A stretch of DNA of 63,524 bases, filler included, from Diploschistes diacapsis (taxonomy: Eukaryota), in assembly GCA_023645945.1 (NCBI GenBank). It is 23 parts of 23 records of this genome, joined end to end, with 100 filler letters (N's around TTAATTAATTAA, not from the genome) between each part and the next. Parts side by side here need not be neighbours in the genome. Positions count along the whole stretch, not along the records: positions 1 to 18,962 come from JALAIB010000388.1; positions 19,063 to 38,023 come from JALAIB010000389.1; 21 more parts are not named here. One strand, given 5' to 3'. The position numbers were made by a program, and so were the translations under genes. Below are positions 11,598 to 23,815 of this stretch, piece by piece. Position 1 is the first letter of the stretch, and the number at the start of each line of letters is the position of its first letter. The notes beneath the pieces are model-generated. The model saw nothing but the letters and a program-made list of their open reading frames with translations. It ran no database searches and was not told where the DNA came from.

Positions 11598-14500
11598 ATG
11601 TGTTCCTTACCATTGATCATCGTCAATGGCCTCATATCTAGTGTTTTGGTTTCTGGTGCTTCCGTTCAAAGCTCAGTATTTGGCACGGCCACTGTCGACA
11701 GCCTCCCGACAGCTGGCGCAACCGCCACCCTAGCTCCGAGCGGGACCAACACGCAGACATACGAACCCGAGTTTACTATTCCTACTAACGCCGATAACGG
11801 GGCAATACTCATCCCGAATATTGTTGACCCGCAAGCTGCCAATGCCCAGAGCGTGTGTCCCGGCTATAAGGCCTCGGACGTGCAGAGAACACAATATGGC
11901 CTGACCGCCTCCCTCTCGCTGGCTGGCAAAGCGTGCAGCCTGTACGGGAATGACGTGGGCCAGCTCACCTTGACGGTGGAATACCAGTCCTCAGATCGGC
12001 TCTCTGTAAAGATCGAAGCTTCGAACCTCAGTGCACAGAATTCGTCTTGGTTCATCCTTCCCGAATACCTTGTGCCAAGTCCTCAGCTAGATTCTGGCGC
12101 CAGCTCTACTATCATAGACAACGATCTTGGCTTCTTCTGGGAGAATGATCCGACTTTCTCGTTTTCGGTAATTCGAAAGTCGACAGGGGACGTCCTCTTT
12201 TCCACGGGAGGAACTCAGCTCGTCTACGAAGACCAATTCATTGAGTTTGTCAGCTCACTTCCCCAAAACTACAATCTCTATGGTCTCGGTGAAACTATCC
12301 ACTCCTTCCGCCTCGGAAACAACCTAACGAGGGTGGGTCGAGACATGAGCTCTCCGTATTGGCTAACTAGAATAGACCATCTACGCTGCGGACACTGGTG
12401 ATACTATAGATGCCAACATCTACGGCTCTCACCCAGTATATGTAGATACCCGTTATTACGACCAAGACAGCTCAGGAAGTTTGATGCTTGTTACAAGCAA
12501 TATCTCTGATCCAACCAAGGAATATGTCTCGTACTCTCATGGACTCTACAATCGCAACTCTCACGGGCAAGAAATACTCCTCAACCCCACAAACATAACA
12601 TGGCGAGCTCTCGGTGGAAGCATTGATCTGTACTTTTACGCAGGCCCTACCGCAAAAGATGTTGCTGCAACGCATCAACAAGCCGCCACAGGCTTACCAG
12701 CAATGCAAAAGTATCATACTTTTGGGTTTCACCAGTGTCGTTGGGGATATCGTAACTGGTCACAGGTGGCGGACGTCGTAGCCAACTTTGCCAAATTCCA
12801 GATTCCCCTGGAGCATATCTGGACAGACATTGATTATATGTATCAATATCGAGGTATGTAGGTTCGATATTCCTGGAAGAGAGGCCACTGATGGGTCCCA
12901 GATTTCCAAAACGACCCAATCAGATTCGGATACGACGAGGGTCGAGCCTTGATTTCTAACCTCACCGCCAATGGGCAGCATTACATCCCCATCGTCGACT
13001 CTGCCATTTATGTCCCAAACCCCCAAAACGCTAGCGACGCTTATGCTCCCTTCAATGATGGGAACGAGACGAATTCTTTCATGCTGAATCCCGATGGCTC
13101 CCTCTACGTTGGCGACGTGTGGCCCGGCTACACTGTCTTTCCCGACTGGCTCCCTGGTAGCGGAGCAGGAGAGTGGTGGATCAACCAGATGACCCAGTGG
13201 CATAGAAATGTCAACTGGAGTGGAGTCTGGATCGACATGTCCGAGGTTTCGTCCTTTTGTGTCGGAAGCTGCGGATCGAACAATCTTAGCTTGAACCCTG
13301 CACACCCGCCATTCAGCCTTCCCGGAGAGCCAGGGAGCTTGGTTCTGACATACCCTGAGGGGTTCAACCTCACCAACGCTACCGAAGCCGCTTCAGCCTC
13401 CTCCGCAGCTGCATCACAGGCTTCTGCCAACGCCGCAACAGCGCCCCCGATTCCAACCGCAACTACAACTCCCGACTACCTGCGGACTACGCCTACCCCT
13501 GGCGTTCGGAATGTGAACCATCCCCCGTATGTTATCAACAACGTGCAGGGCGACCTGGCGGTGCACGCCGTCTCGCCTAATGCCACTCACCACAACGGTA
13601 TCCAGGAATACGATGTCCACAACCTTTTCGGTCACCAGATCCTCAACGCAACATACAATGCCTTGCTCAACGTCTTCCCTGGCAAGCGACCTTTCATCAT
13701 TGGCAGGTCGACTTTCGTCGGATCGGGTCAGTGGGCCGGTCATTGGGGAGGAGACAACACCGCTCTGTTCGAGTACATGTACTTTAGTATCCCCCAGGCC
13801 TTGTCGTTCTCGCTGTTCGGTATCCCAATGTTTGGTGTCGATACTTGCGGCTTCAATGGCAACTCGGACGAGGAGCTCTGCAACCGATGGATGCAGCTTT
13901 CGGCATTCTTCCCGTTCTATCGAAACCACAACGTACTTGCGGCTGTTCCACAAGAGCCGTACGTCTGGTCGTCTGTAATTGAAGCCACCAAGACGGCTAT
14001 GAGCATACGGTTTCAGCTGCTGCCATACATGTACACACTCTTCTACCAAGCGCACACCACAGGGTCGACCGTAATGCGGGCCCTGAGCTGGGAATTTCCA
14101 AACGATCCTTCGCTTGCCGGGGCTGACATGCAGTTCTTCCTTGGCCCCGCTATCCTCGTCACTCCCGTGCTTGCGCAGGGCATGACTACGGTGGACGGCG
14201 TCTTCCCTGGAGCGGGCAAGGGCGAGATCTACTACGATTGGTACACCCAGAGTCGAGTCAATGCCAGCGCTGGCCAGAACATGACGATAGATGCCCCGCT
14301 TGGCCACATTCCCGTTTTCGTTCGGGGTGGAAGTGTCCTCCCTATGCAACAACCGGCAATGACGACCACTGCTGCGAGGAAGACTCCATGGAGCGTCCTC
14401 GTCGCCTTGAGCGAGGGGGGTGCAGCAAGCGGTAGCCTTTACCTTGACGATGGGGATAGTCTCAGTCCGCCCGCGATCCTGAATGTCAACGTAAGTGTTT

Positions 14501-14773
14501 CTTAGCTGCATGATATTTGGCTAACTGGGGTAGCTTGCTGCTACTAAGGGCGCCCTGTATGCTTTTGCCATGGGACATTTCAATGATACCAACCCTCTGG
14601 CGAATGTCATCATCCTCGGCGTACAGCAGAGCCCCACGAACGTTACCTTGAACGGCAAGAGCATAACAAAGGGGGTTACGTACAATTCAACCAGCAAAGT
14701 CGCCGTCATTGACGGGCTACAAAGTCTGACTGGTGGTGGAGCTTGGAGCAACGACTGGATATTGAAGTGGTGA
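11598..14773 (+). CDS. Secreted GH31 alpha-glucosidase
   Basis: Signal peptide, QSVCPGYKAS, NLYGLGE, GFHQCRWGY, IWTDIDYM, catalytic WIDMSE, GHWGGDN, GVDTCGF, RWMQLSAFFPFYRNHN; introns 12333-12375, 12854-12901, 14491-14532. Confidence 0.95.
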
Positions 14774-15012
14774 TGGTGTGCATGTTGATATCGGTTAAAT
14801 AGCGTTCTGGACGGAAGCAGAAGACGTATGGAATCTTTCACTCATCTATATCTGAGATGAAAAGCACACAATCTTGGACCAACAGTCCCCTGCGGTGCAA
14901 CTTGTTAGCTTTATTTGTTATCTAATATCTAAACACCGCCCAAACCTAGCTACCGGCGCGCATATATCGACCTCCTGTACACCTCTAGCATAAGCATATA
15001 ATGACATGATTG

Positions 15013-15107
15013 GCGGGGTTATTGCGCACACCCCACCAAAGCTTGTTGGTCTCGATTTACCCCACGATACTGTCACATCTGCGCAACCACAAGTTGGGGG
15101 AGCGGGG
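15013..15107. promoter_or_regulatory. Cluster of four SYGGRG (CreA/Cre1-type) motifs upstream of the lad gene
   Basis: GCGGGG at 15013 and 15102; CCCCAC (GTGGGG on minus) at 15031 and 15060; all within about 200 bp of the ATG at 15203. Confidence 0.45.
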
Positions 15108-15202
15108 GGTCCGGTCCTTTAAGAATGCCTCGATTCCTCTTGTCAGTTTCTGCCTGTCCAAGACTCGGAGTGGGATAGGCGACAATACTAGAAGTACTCG
15201 CA

Positions 15203-16361
15203 ATGTCAACAACAACTACTACCGTGACCGCCTCGAAACCGAACGTTGGGGTCTACACAGATCCTGAGCACAAACTCTGGGTTGCAGATGCCAAACCATC
15301 CAAAGAAGATGTCGCCGATGGGAAAGATCTGCAGGTGGGAGAAGTTTATGTGAAGGTTAGAAGTACTGGTATCTGTGGGTTCGTTCTCCAATACATTTTC
15401 CCCACGCAATGGCTGCGCGCTGACACTGTCCAGCTCCGATATCCACTTTTGGCATGCCGGCGCCATCGGCCCCATGGTCGTACGCGACACCCACATCCTT
15501 GGCCATGAATCTGCAGGCGAGATCGTGGCTGTCCATCCCACCGTCACGCACCTGAAGCCCGGAGATCGCGTTGCGGTCGAACCCAATATCATCTGCAATG
15601 CTTGCGAACCTTGCTTGACCGGTCGATACAATGGATGCCTAAGCGTCAAATTCCTCTCGACACCTCCATTTCCAGGCCTCCTACGTCGGTACGTCAAGCA
15701 CCCGGCCGTATGGTGCCACAAGATCGGGAATATGAGCTACGAGTTGGGAGCAATGCTCGAGCCTTTGAGCGTGGCCCTGGCGGGCATGGAGAGGGCCAAA
15801 GTGGCGCTCGGCGATCCAGTGCTGGTCTGCGGCGCTGGTCCAATAGGTCTCATGACCTTGCTTTGCTGCGCCGCCGCTGGGGCCGAGCCACTCGTCGTGA
15901 CGGACATAGACGAGGGCAGGCTTAAGTTTGCGAAAGAGATTGTTCCTAGGGCCCGAACATACAAAGTAGAGAGAGGCAAGAACGGGGAGCAATGTGGCGA
16001 CGATATCAGAGAGCTCGCGGGAACACCGATCAATGTCGCCATTGAATGCACAGGCGTGGAAAGCAGCGTCGCCAACGCAATATATAGCGTTAAGTTTGGA
16101 GGCAGGGTGTTTGTGATCGGAGTCGGCAAGAACGAAATCAACATTCCTTTTATGAGACTGAGCACGCAAGAGATTGATCTTCAATTTCAGTACCGATACT
16201 CCAACACCTGGCCAAAAGCTATCCGCCTGATCGAAGGCGGAGTCATCGATGTGACCAGGCTCGTCACCCATAGGTTCGACATCGAAGATGGTGTCAAGGC
16301 CTTCGAGACAGCGGCCGATCCAAAGACAGGAGCTATCAAGGTCCTGATACAGAGCGAGTGA
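15203..16361 (+). CDS. lad1: L-arabinitol 4-dehydrogenase (Zn-dependent MDR family)
   Basis: [17 protein letters not shown]-terminus; [20 protein letters not shown] across intron 15379-15433; [50 protein letters not shown]. Confidence 0.92.
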
Positions 16362-16594
16362 TGATCGGAGTACAACTGTATGATATATATACACATATAT
16401 AATGCAGCTTTTCTTTCGGCATCTGAAGTTGTTGTGAAACTCACGTAAAGGATTCAAACATGCAAAGCTCGATCAGTCTCCATGTGGACAGGGTCTTGCA
16501 AACCATGAGCGGAATAGTGTCGCAAGAAAAAGCCCCCTAGCTTCCGGTGGCGATGCGAAGCTGCTACCCCTGCGTATCGGAAAACACTGAATAT

Positions 16595-17747
16595 TCAGGC
16601 AAGTGTAGTTATGGAATGGATCCAGGCTAGATGAGCAGCCCAGGGCTCTGGAAGATTCAACTCGTCCATCGCACTCAAGATCCACGTCCGCCAATCTCCG
16701 TGGAACCAGCATTCCTTACGCATGAAGAGCGAGTAGTATGCGACAACAATCACAGCCTCACGTTGACGCTGGCGAAATGCATCCAGAAACTCAAAGCTCA
16801 GACTTGCCGGCCAACCCAGGAGCATCCCCGAAGACTGCTTGAAGGGAGTATTTGGTGAACCAGAGTCCGGCAGGAACCATTCTGCGATACGCTTGAGGAG
16901 TATGACCGGCGTCTTGAGGTAACGTCCATCCACAAGCTTATAGACGTCCGCTAAACGTGCGATCAGCTCAAGCTTGTAACCAGTTCCACCGATTACGAAG
17001 ACATCATTATCGAAATTCTTGAAAATCCCATTCTGCATTAACGGACCTATGGGACCATGCGTCACCTGTAGCCACGTCTGGGTGATGACGGTTGCCGTTC
17101 CCCGAATAAGCTTGAAAGCTTCGACCAGATCATCGAGTGGGTTATTCGGTCGCGATTGAACCGCCGGCAAGCCTAGCGCATACAACCCTACGAAGCATGC
17201 ATACATGGTGATTGCATGGGGCGATTCATTCGCCATGTTTGCAACAAGCGATTGCAGACGCGGCAGTCCCGAGTTCAGGGACTCCATGGCTTTCCGAACG
17301 TACTTGCATGGCTCTGCTACTTGCGTCGCCTTGTGTAGAGCTGCTATCGCGATGAGACCGTGAAGAAGGTAATGATTCGCGTATCCTAGGATTGGGGCTT
17401 GGATCTGATACACGGAGAGGGTAATGGCGTCGCCCAGAGTCAGTGCCGTACACACCGTATAATGGTGTATTAGCTCTAGATCGAGTATGGTGAAGGTCTC
17501 CGGGAGGGTGGACAGTGTCGTTCTCGTTTCTGCTACGTCTCGCTTTCGCTTTGGACCAGCAACCGTGAACTGGCATGGTTCGTCAAACCGGAGCCGACAG
17601 CAGCTTCCACAACGCGGTTTTTGTTCATCACACTGTCCATGTCAGCATGATTAGTACAATGCCGGAGGGGTGAATACACGCCTTGACACGACGTTGCCTG
17701 CACCTTGTGCAACCATTTCGTGTCTTCCTCGACCCTAGCTTTGGCAT
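16595..17747 (-). CDS. Zn(II)2Cys6 transcription factor (UPC2-like architecture)
   Basis: Exon 1 MPKLGSRKTRNGCTRCRQRRVK; intron 17681-17633 (GC...AG); exon 2 CDEQKPRCGSCCRLRFDEPC...LDLELIHHYT continues in frame into the 286-aa ORF (YLLHGLIAIAALH). Confidence 0.85.
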
Positions 17748-18532
17748 CCTCCTTTGGGCGAATAGATGTTAGAGCTGACACGTCTACTACTATAACATAC
17801 GCTTTAGCGGTTAGAAACGGGAAGCTGTAAAGTGTATGGTCAACCGATGATCACTGGTCACATAAGGCTTCTTTTAACTATAAGATAAGTTAATAAAGCG
17901 TGATCGGCGTGATCGGGATGCTAAGGGCGTTAAGAGTCTTGCAAGCGGCGCTTAGGGTCTCGGCTGGCTGGTATTTGAGGGGGATTTTGCCCTTCTTACT
18001 TTCTCTTCTTGCTTCAGCAATTAGTCCTAGCATGAATCTGCCCTGCGTACAGCTATCTTGCCACATTGTTGTATTCTATCCTTTACACTTTCACTCAATG
18101 GATCAACCTTCATCCTACTCATCATGTCCAAGTGGGCGAAAGAAACAACTGGATTCAGACAGTTATGACTTTCGACAAGGCCCTTGTTCTGTATTTAATC
18201 TTCTTTATAAGATTACCAACTTATGCTTATCATGCTGTAACAGGAACGGCCTTCACGGTACAACCAGTCATTGGGACCCTAACGAAATCGCGCACGTCAC
18301 CGTTCGTCTCTCGACGCCCACCTTGAGAGCAGGGAACTCGTGGTACACCCTCCATTGGCGCCCAGGAGGAGGGTCCGTGGTCCTTCAGCAGCCAAATAAC
18401 GAGGCTTCCAATACTAGAAGAAGGGACAGGGCCAAGGCCAAGAAGCAGAGGAGAATGAAAAGAAAGCAGGCAAAAAAGGAACAACAGAAAAAAAACGAAG
18501 ACAAAAAAAGATAAAGATAGCGACGAGGGTAT

Positions 18533-18962
18533 TGTTACGATCCAAGTACCAGACTTGGCACGTCCCAGCTTTGTTGTATATAGGTCAATCACGGGACGGG
18601 GGTCACGTGATACGCTTACTGCTCACGTTCATTCTCGTGAACGGCGAATAAGTCTTCGCCACCGTTCGATAATCGCGTTTATTTTTATAAGCGGCGAACC
18701 TCGAGAACATCGTTCGCTGAATTTACGATAAACGATAAGCGAGCTAATTATATATAAACGCGGTTTTATTTTCATGAAAAAAGACGTGTTTATTTTTATA
18801 AATATCTTTAATCATTATTCGGGATTAATTTATATTCGTTATTTTTATCTTTAAAAAACTTTCTTTCTAAAAATAATTTAAGATTTATAATTATTTTTTT
18901 TTTTATTTATATTTTTTTTCTAATAAAAATTAAATTTATTTTAACTTTACTCGTGTATATTT
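18533..18962 (+). mobile_element. LTR family A copy, truncated at contig end
   Basis: Starts TGTTACGATCCAAGTACCAGACTTGGCACGTCCCAGC, as do the copies at 38739 and 47133; becomes increasingly AT-rich toward the gap. Confidence 0.8.
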
Positions 18963-19062
18963 NNNNNNNNNNNNNNNNNNNNNNNNNNNNNNNNNNNNNN
19001 NNNNNNTTAATTAATTAANNNNNNNNNNNNNNNNNNNNNNNNNNNNNNNNNNNNNNNNNNNN
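18963..19062. other. Artificial contig spacer N44-TTAATTAATTAA-N44 (first of 22)
   Basis: Identical 100-bp spacer with six-frame stop linker recurs at 38024 and then about every 1.2 kb to 62413. Confidence 0.99.
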
Positions 19063-19390
19063 CCTTCAACCCCCTTAAATCAATCTCCAACCTCCCAAAC
19101 AGCCCACAATCCTCCGCCATCGCCATCGCCCTCAAACCCTCAAACCCTCAAACACCCTAACAACCACCCGTCCTTGCCCTTCCCGTGCCGTCCCAAACAC
19201 CACCCTCCTCCTCGTCGGTATCACAGTACTCCGCCCAACAGCCCGGCCCGCCAGCTCGATCGCAATGTCCAGGGGGCACAACATCCACGGGTAATCCCAA
19301 CGCACGCGCCCACCCTCCTCCTGCGGCGTTAGGAGAGCAGCGCCTTGCATCGCCCGCGCCCCCTTACGACAGCCTTTCCCCTTTCCGCCA
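19063..19390 (-). pseudogene. Degenerate Hsp70 linker/substrate-binding-domain fragment
   Basis: Across frames: KAVVRG / AMQGAALL ... LCPLDIAIELAGRAVGRSTVIPTRRRVVFGTAREGQGRVVVRVFEG / LRAMAMAEDCGLFGRLEI, resembling Hsp70 EAVAYGAAVQAAIL...PLSLGIETAGG...RNTTIPT...QVFEGER...DNNLLGKFEL. Runs off the contig end. Confidence 0.55.
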
Positions 19391-20351
19391 GGAACCCCCA
19401 CATGCCGCGCCCTGGCCTCCGACACGATGCGGGAAAGGCGAGCTCCGCAAGCCCCGGCTGTAGTGCCCAGCTTGCTGTCAGGATGTCGCGCCGCGAGGAG
19501 TTCAGAAGCCGCGGGCCCCGCGAGGAGCGGGGACGGCGTTTTTGCGAGGGTCGATTTGCGGGGGCGCTTCGCGGCAGCGTCTGCGAGCCCGGGGGGGCGG
19601 TTGGGAAGCGCACGGGGCTTTTTTCCGGGCGCGGCACGCCCATCGAACGGAAAAACACAACGCACCCCTTCCAGTCTCCCAAGATTTTTTCCGCCGAGGG
19701 CCTGATTGGGGAACGAGGGGTCTCGAAGGCCATCCTCCCGTCTTCCCGGGGCCCCCAATGGAAACGAATCCGCGTCGAATTCATGACGGGCATTTCCTAT
19801 TCGTGAATCCCCCCCGTTGCGATTTGTGCATTCCGTCGGCGAGGCTTGGCGTCTTCTCCCCAAGCTTCTTCTACCCGCTCATGCGCGCATGCCTCGATAA
19901 GAGTTTTGAGAGAATACGCGCGCTGAAACCGCAATGAGGGATGGGGACAGGTCGTGCAAGGCAGTCTTAGCAAGCCACTTCCCCGTATTTGGTATGGGAG
20001 GAACAGTTCACGGCAGCTGTTCGACTCATGACGGTTCTGCAAAGTCACACTAAGCAGATTTTTGGGATTTTTGTTGTTTCATTTGTTTAGTTTCATCGGG
20101 TTCCGCTATAAAGCGGTCCACCGGACGAATGCCTATCGCGCAAGCAACCTTCTCCTCTACGCTCAAGGGCGGCGTCTATTCATCCTCGCCATTCCATCCC
20201 TCAACTTCTTCAGGGTAACCGCTCTCCGCTCTCCGAAGCTGTGGTCCTTATCGTGAAAGTCTCCGTCCGCTAGGATTCTCTGCCCTCTAGGATCTTCACC
20301 TGCCTCGCTCCCCTTCTCCCCCCCCTCCCAACCACTCTACCTGTTCCCTCC

Positions 20352-22865
20352 TTATTCATCGTTCCATCCCAGCCCCTCCAACTCTCGCCTTACGGATTCT
20401 TCCGTGCCCATCTTTTGGACCTGCGTCCCCTCCAATTGCTCTCCTGCTGCGCGCCTCATTTTCAAATCATCAATAGCCCGCAGCTTCTTCGTCAGCGCGC
20501 GAACCTTCTTGTCCTGCGGCGTCGAGCCACCGGGTGTTGTCACGGTCAGATCCGGCATGGCAGAAGCTTCGGCAGCCTTGGCGATATCGATTTGCGGGTT
20601 CGTGGGTCGTTTCTCATTCGGTGCTGGGGTGAAATTGGTGTTGTTGCGCGCATTGTTATTGCTGCCACCTGGGCCAGGCGATTTGCCGCGTCCGTCACGG
20701 CGAGGGCCATTTCGGTTGTTACGGAAATCGCGATTGTCACGAAAGTCCCGGTTGTCGCGACCTTGGCTGTGGCCTCTTTCCCTTTGACGGTTTTGTGAGC
20801 GTGGCCTGTCGCTGGGCCTCAGCTCGCTATTGGTGCGCGACCGGTTGCGCTGATTGTCCCGTCTGTCTCTTCCATCCCGATCGTAGCCGTCTCGTCGGTC
20901 TCTATCGTAGCCGTCTCGTCGGTTCGGGCTACGGCCAAGACTTCGAGAGCGCGGCGTTTGACTCTCTGTCGTTGCCAATCGATCTGCTGCATCTTTAGCT
21001 TTTTTGTTCTCCCGTTTCTTCTTGTTCTTTAGCGCAGCTTTTGATAACTCGCCATCGGCGTCTGCGCCTTGTGTAGTCTCGGCAGACTCTGCGCCCGGGA
21101 CTTCCCTTCTTCGCGATCCGAACCCATTGATGCTGGACAAAGCGGAAGTGGTGCCGTCACGCACATATGCAGCACCCCCTTGATCCTCGCGCATGAATGC
21201 CAGTGGAGTAGTCGTTCCACGTGCACCAGGTGGCCTATAGGCACCAGCGGGTTTTGAGGGGGTCTTGACAGTGCTCAGGTAGGCGAGCGCCGATGCATGC
21301 GGTGTTGGCACAGGGTCAGTCTCTGGCAGCGATGTTACCGACTGTGGCCTCCATGCGACGTTGTACAGCTCGGTACCAGCTGGGAAATCCTCATTGTACA
21401 TTAGACCTCCAGCTACATGCCAGATTTTGATCGCGTTGTCAACCTTTAGGCGACCAACAGCAGTTAAAATGTGCTTGCCGTCTGGACTCCAGTCGCAGAT
21501 GCTAGCATTGCTTGCCTGCATAGATGCTACCTTTTCGTAATCCTTTTCCAGGTCGTAAACATCCAGTGCACCAGCTAGGTTACCGAAGCCTCCGACAACC
21601 AGAAACCTACCGTTGGGCGAAAAACGCAAGGTGTTTCTCGGGCCGAGAGAAAAACTGTGAGTTGCAGTAGCTTTCGCATTGAATATCGTTGTCTTGGCCG
21701 GCATGTAGCCGTAAACCACGGCAAAGTCCTTGGAGTTCGGTGACCAAGCGACATCGTAGATTGGGCCCTCTTTGTCTATACGATATCAATGCCAGGCTAC
21801 GCAACAAGCCCTGGGGTTGGCTTACCTAGGTCGATACGCGAGTCGAACTCGCCTTGAGCGCTAAGGAGATACAACGTTGTCTCTCCGTAGTAGCTCTTGC
21901 CAGATGAATCAACCTCTGTTTCGGCCTTGACGATGACACTCGTTCCTTGAGCATTCCATTTGAACTGCACCTTGTCCCCTTTGAAGAAATTCTTCTGGCA
22001 GACAGGCGTGCTGAACTGCGGGACATTGAAGACCTTGATGGATGCGGGTTGGCCCTGGGAAAGTATCTTAGCTCGGCCTCACACCGCTTTGAAATCGAAA
22101 AAGCCTACCTTCTGCGATGGTGAGAAGACGGCAATGCAGTTTGTCGTGCCCGGCGCAACGGCAAAATCCGAGACTCCTTCGACGCGGAGCTTATTCCAAA
22201 CCTTGCTCAGATCACCGCTCTCGTAGAACTGGATCTCATTGGTGACAGATCTGGCGCAGTACTTCTCATCGTGCGTGTACTGCAGGTTCCAGTTCGTTTG
22301 AGACTTCTGCACGAATCTTCCCACAATGTCCTGCTCGTCCCTCTCGTCCGTCTCCTTATTGCCGGTACCTAGAATGCTCCAGACTTTCAAGTTCTTGACC
22401 GCCTCCCCGTTCTCATCTTTTGTAGGCTGCTGCCAGGTGATGATATAGGTCCCAAGCGGGGAAAAGCCGAGCTCGAAGACTTTAGGGGCGTTCAGGGTCG
22501 ACACAACACGGCCAACGGAGGCATCCACGACAGTGACGCTGGTTATTGTAAGCGAGGAGCGGCATCCATATTCAGGAACCGCACCTGTCAGAACCCGCCC
22601 AAGCAAAGTATCGCCCATCCGGAGAGTAAGCGCAGCATCGCAGGTGTCCTTCAGGCCTGTTGGCAGTTTCTCAGTTTAGTGGTTTCATGGCTGTATCGCA
22701 GGATAGCAATTTACCTAGCAAAGCCGGGCAAAGGCTCATAGACAGGAGCTGCATCGACAACTCCAACCCCTCTCGAAGTTCGAACTAGGCCATGTTAGTC
22801 TCCGTTTCATTTTACATCCAGCGAGCGCACAGCTACGTACACGCAAATTGGGTAGGTGCGGCCAT
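20352..22865 (-). CDS. eIF2A: Eukaryotic translation initiation factor 2A (WD40, YGR054W-like)
   Basis: Multi-exon; MAAPTQFA start, FSPLGTYIITWQ, VYGYMPAKTTIFN, GPRNTLRFSPNGRFLVVGGFGNLAG, KPAGAYRPPGARG, DKKVRALTKKLRAIDDLK. Confidence 0.93.
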
Positions 22866-23815
22866 GACTGAGAGCTAGTGAAAGTCACAGAAAGACCAGT
22901 GGAGCGCTTCGGCAAGAGTAAAGCAGTCACAATAAGATTTCCAAGTTCAAACAAGCAGTCAAGGCAGCAGTTTAGACAAGTCCCACGCGATTTATATGTT
23001 CTTGGCTGAACTTCCGCAGAAGGGGCCTGGACCAAAGGATGAGCGGCGCACTTGGCTGTCAAGTAGACTCGATTGAACCAAAGCTTCGATAGTACAGGAG
23101 TTCGAGGAGTCAAGGAGAGGGTTGGCCGGCAAGAGAGAGGGAGAAGGGTGTAAGCACAACAAAGACTCGTTGGAGGTTCGTGTGTGGTATTTCATAGAAA
23201 TTCAGTAAGAATGCCAAGAACTTCGCTTCTGGGTTTTGTGGTATACGATGGTTTGCCTGAATTTGATGCCTCACGAGCATGTCCTGCCTCAAAAATGTAC
23301 TATGGCAAATATGGGCGGGTCTTTCCGTAGGCTACAGGTCTCCTAACTGGGGTGTTGAAAGAACAAGCGCTTTTCCATCGAGCACTGTATTTTGCGGAAC
23401 TGGACAGTACATAGAATAGTAGGCACTGATGGGCGTAAAGCTTTCTAGCCCTGACTTCTAACGTCAAGAATCTGGATGTCAGCCGAGAGCTGGGGAGTGT
23501 GATGTTTGCCATAAGGTCGAGGACCAAGCGGTCTTTTCTTACCACTTCTTATCACGTCTCAGCAGATGATGTTATTGACTATGGAAGAAAATACATAGTC
23601 CAGGCATTGAGCAACCGAGTCTCGCCCGCATATCCTAGCATTTATCGACCGCCTTGAAATGGCGAAAGGTATCCCGGGTATTCCTCACTGATCAACTCCG
23701 TTCAACCCGTCACTCCATACCGAAAATCACAACGATAACCCGCTTGCCATTAGATACTGTACAGAACGCCGGATTCCCCAAGTCCAGTAGCGGCAATATA
23801 AAAGTGTCAGAGCAA

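Noticed and set aside
13414..14511. 365-aa antisense ORF (likewise 15681-16457 and other shadow ORFs)
   Set aside because: Mirror frames of well-supported genes with biased codon use.
19007..19018. Recurrent TTAATTAATTAA as a biological motif
   Set aside because: Always centred in N runs; it is a six-frame stop linker.
19120..19830. Telomerase RNA, RNase P or RNase MRP in the GC-rich stretch (ACCCTAAC at about 19154)
   Set aside because: No full TAACCCTAA template or P4 motifs found; the CCCTCAAA repeats fall within the Hsp70-like frame.
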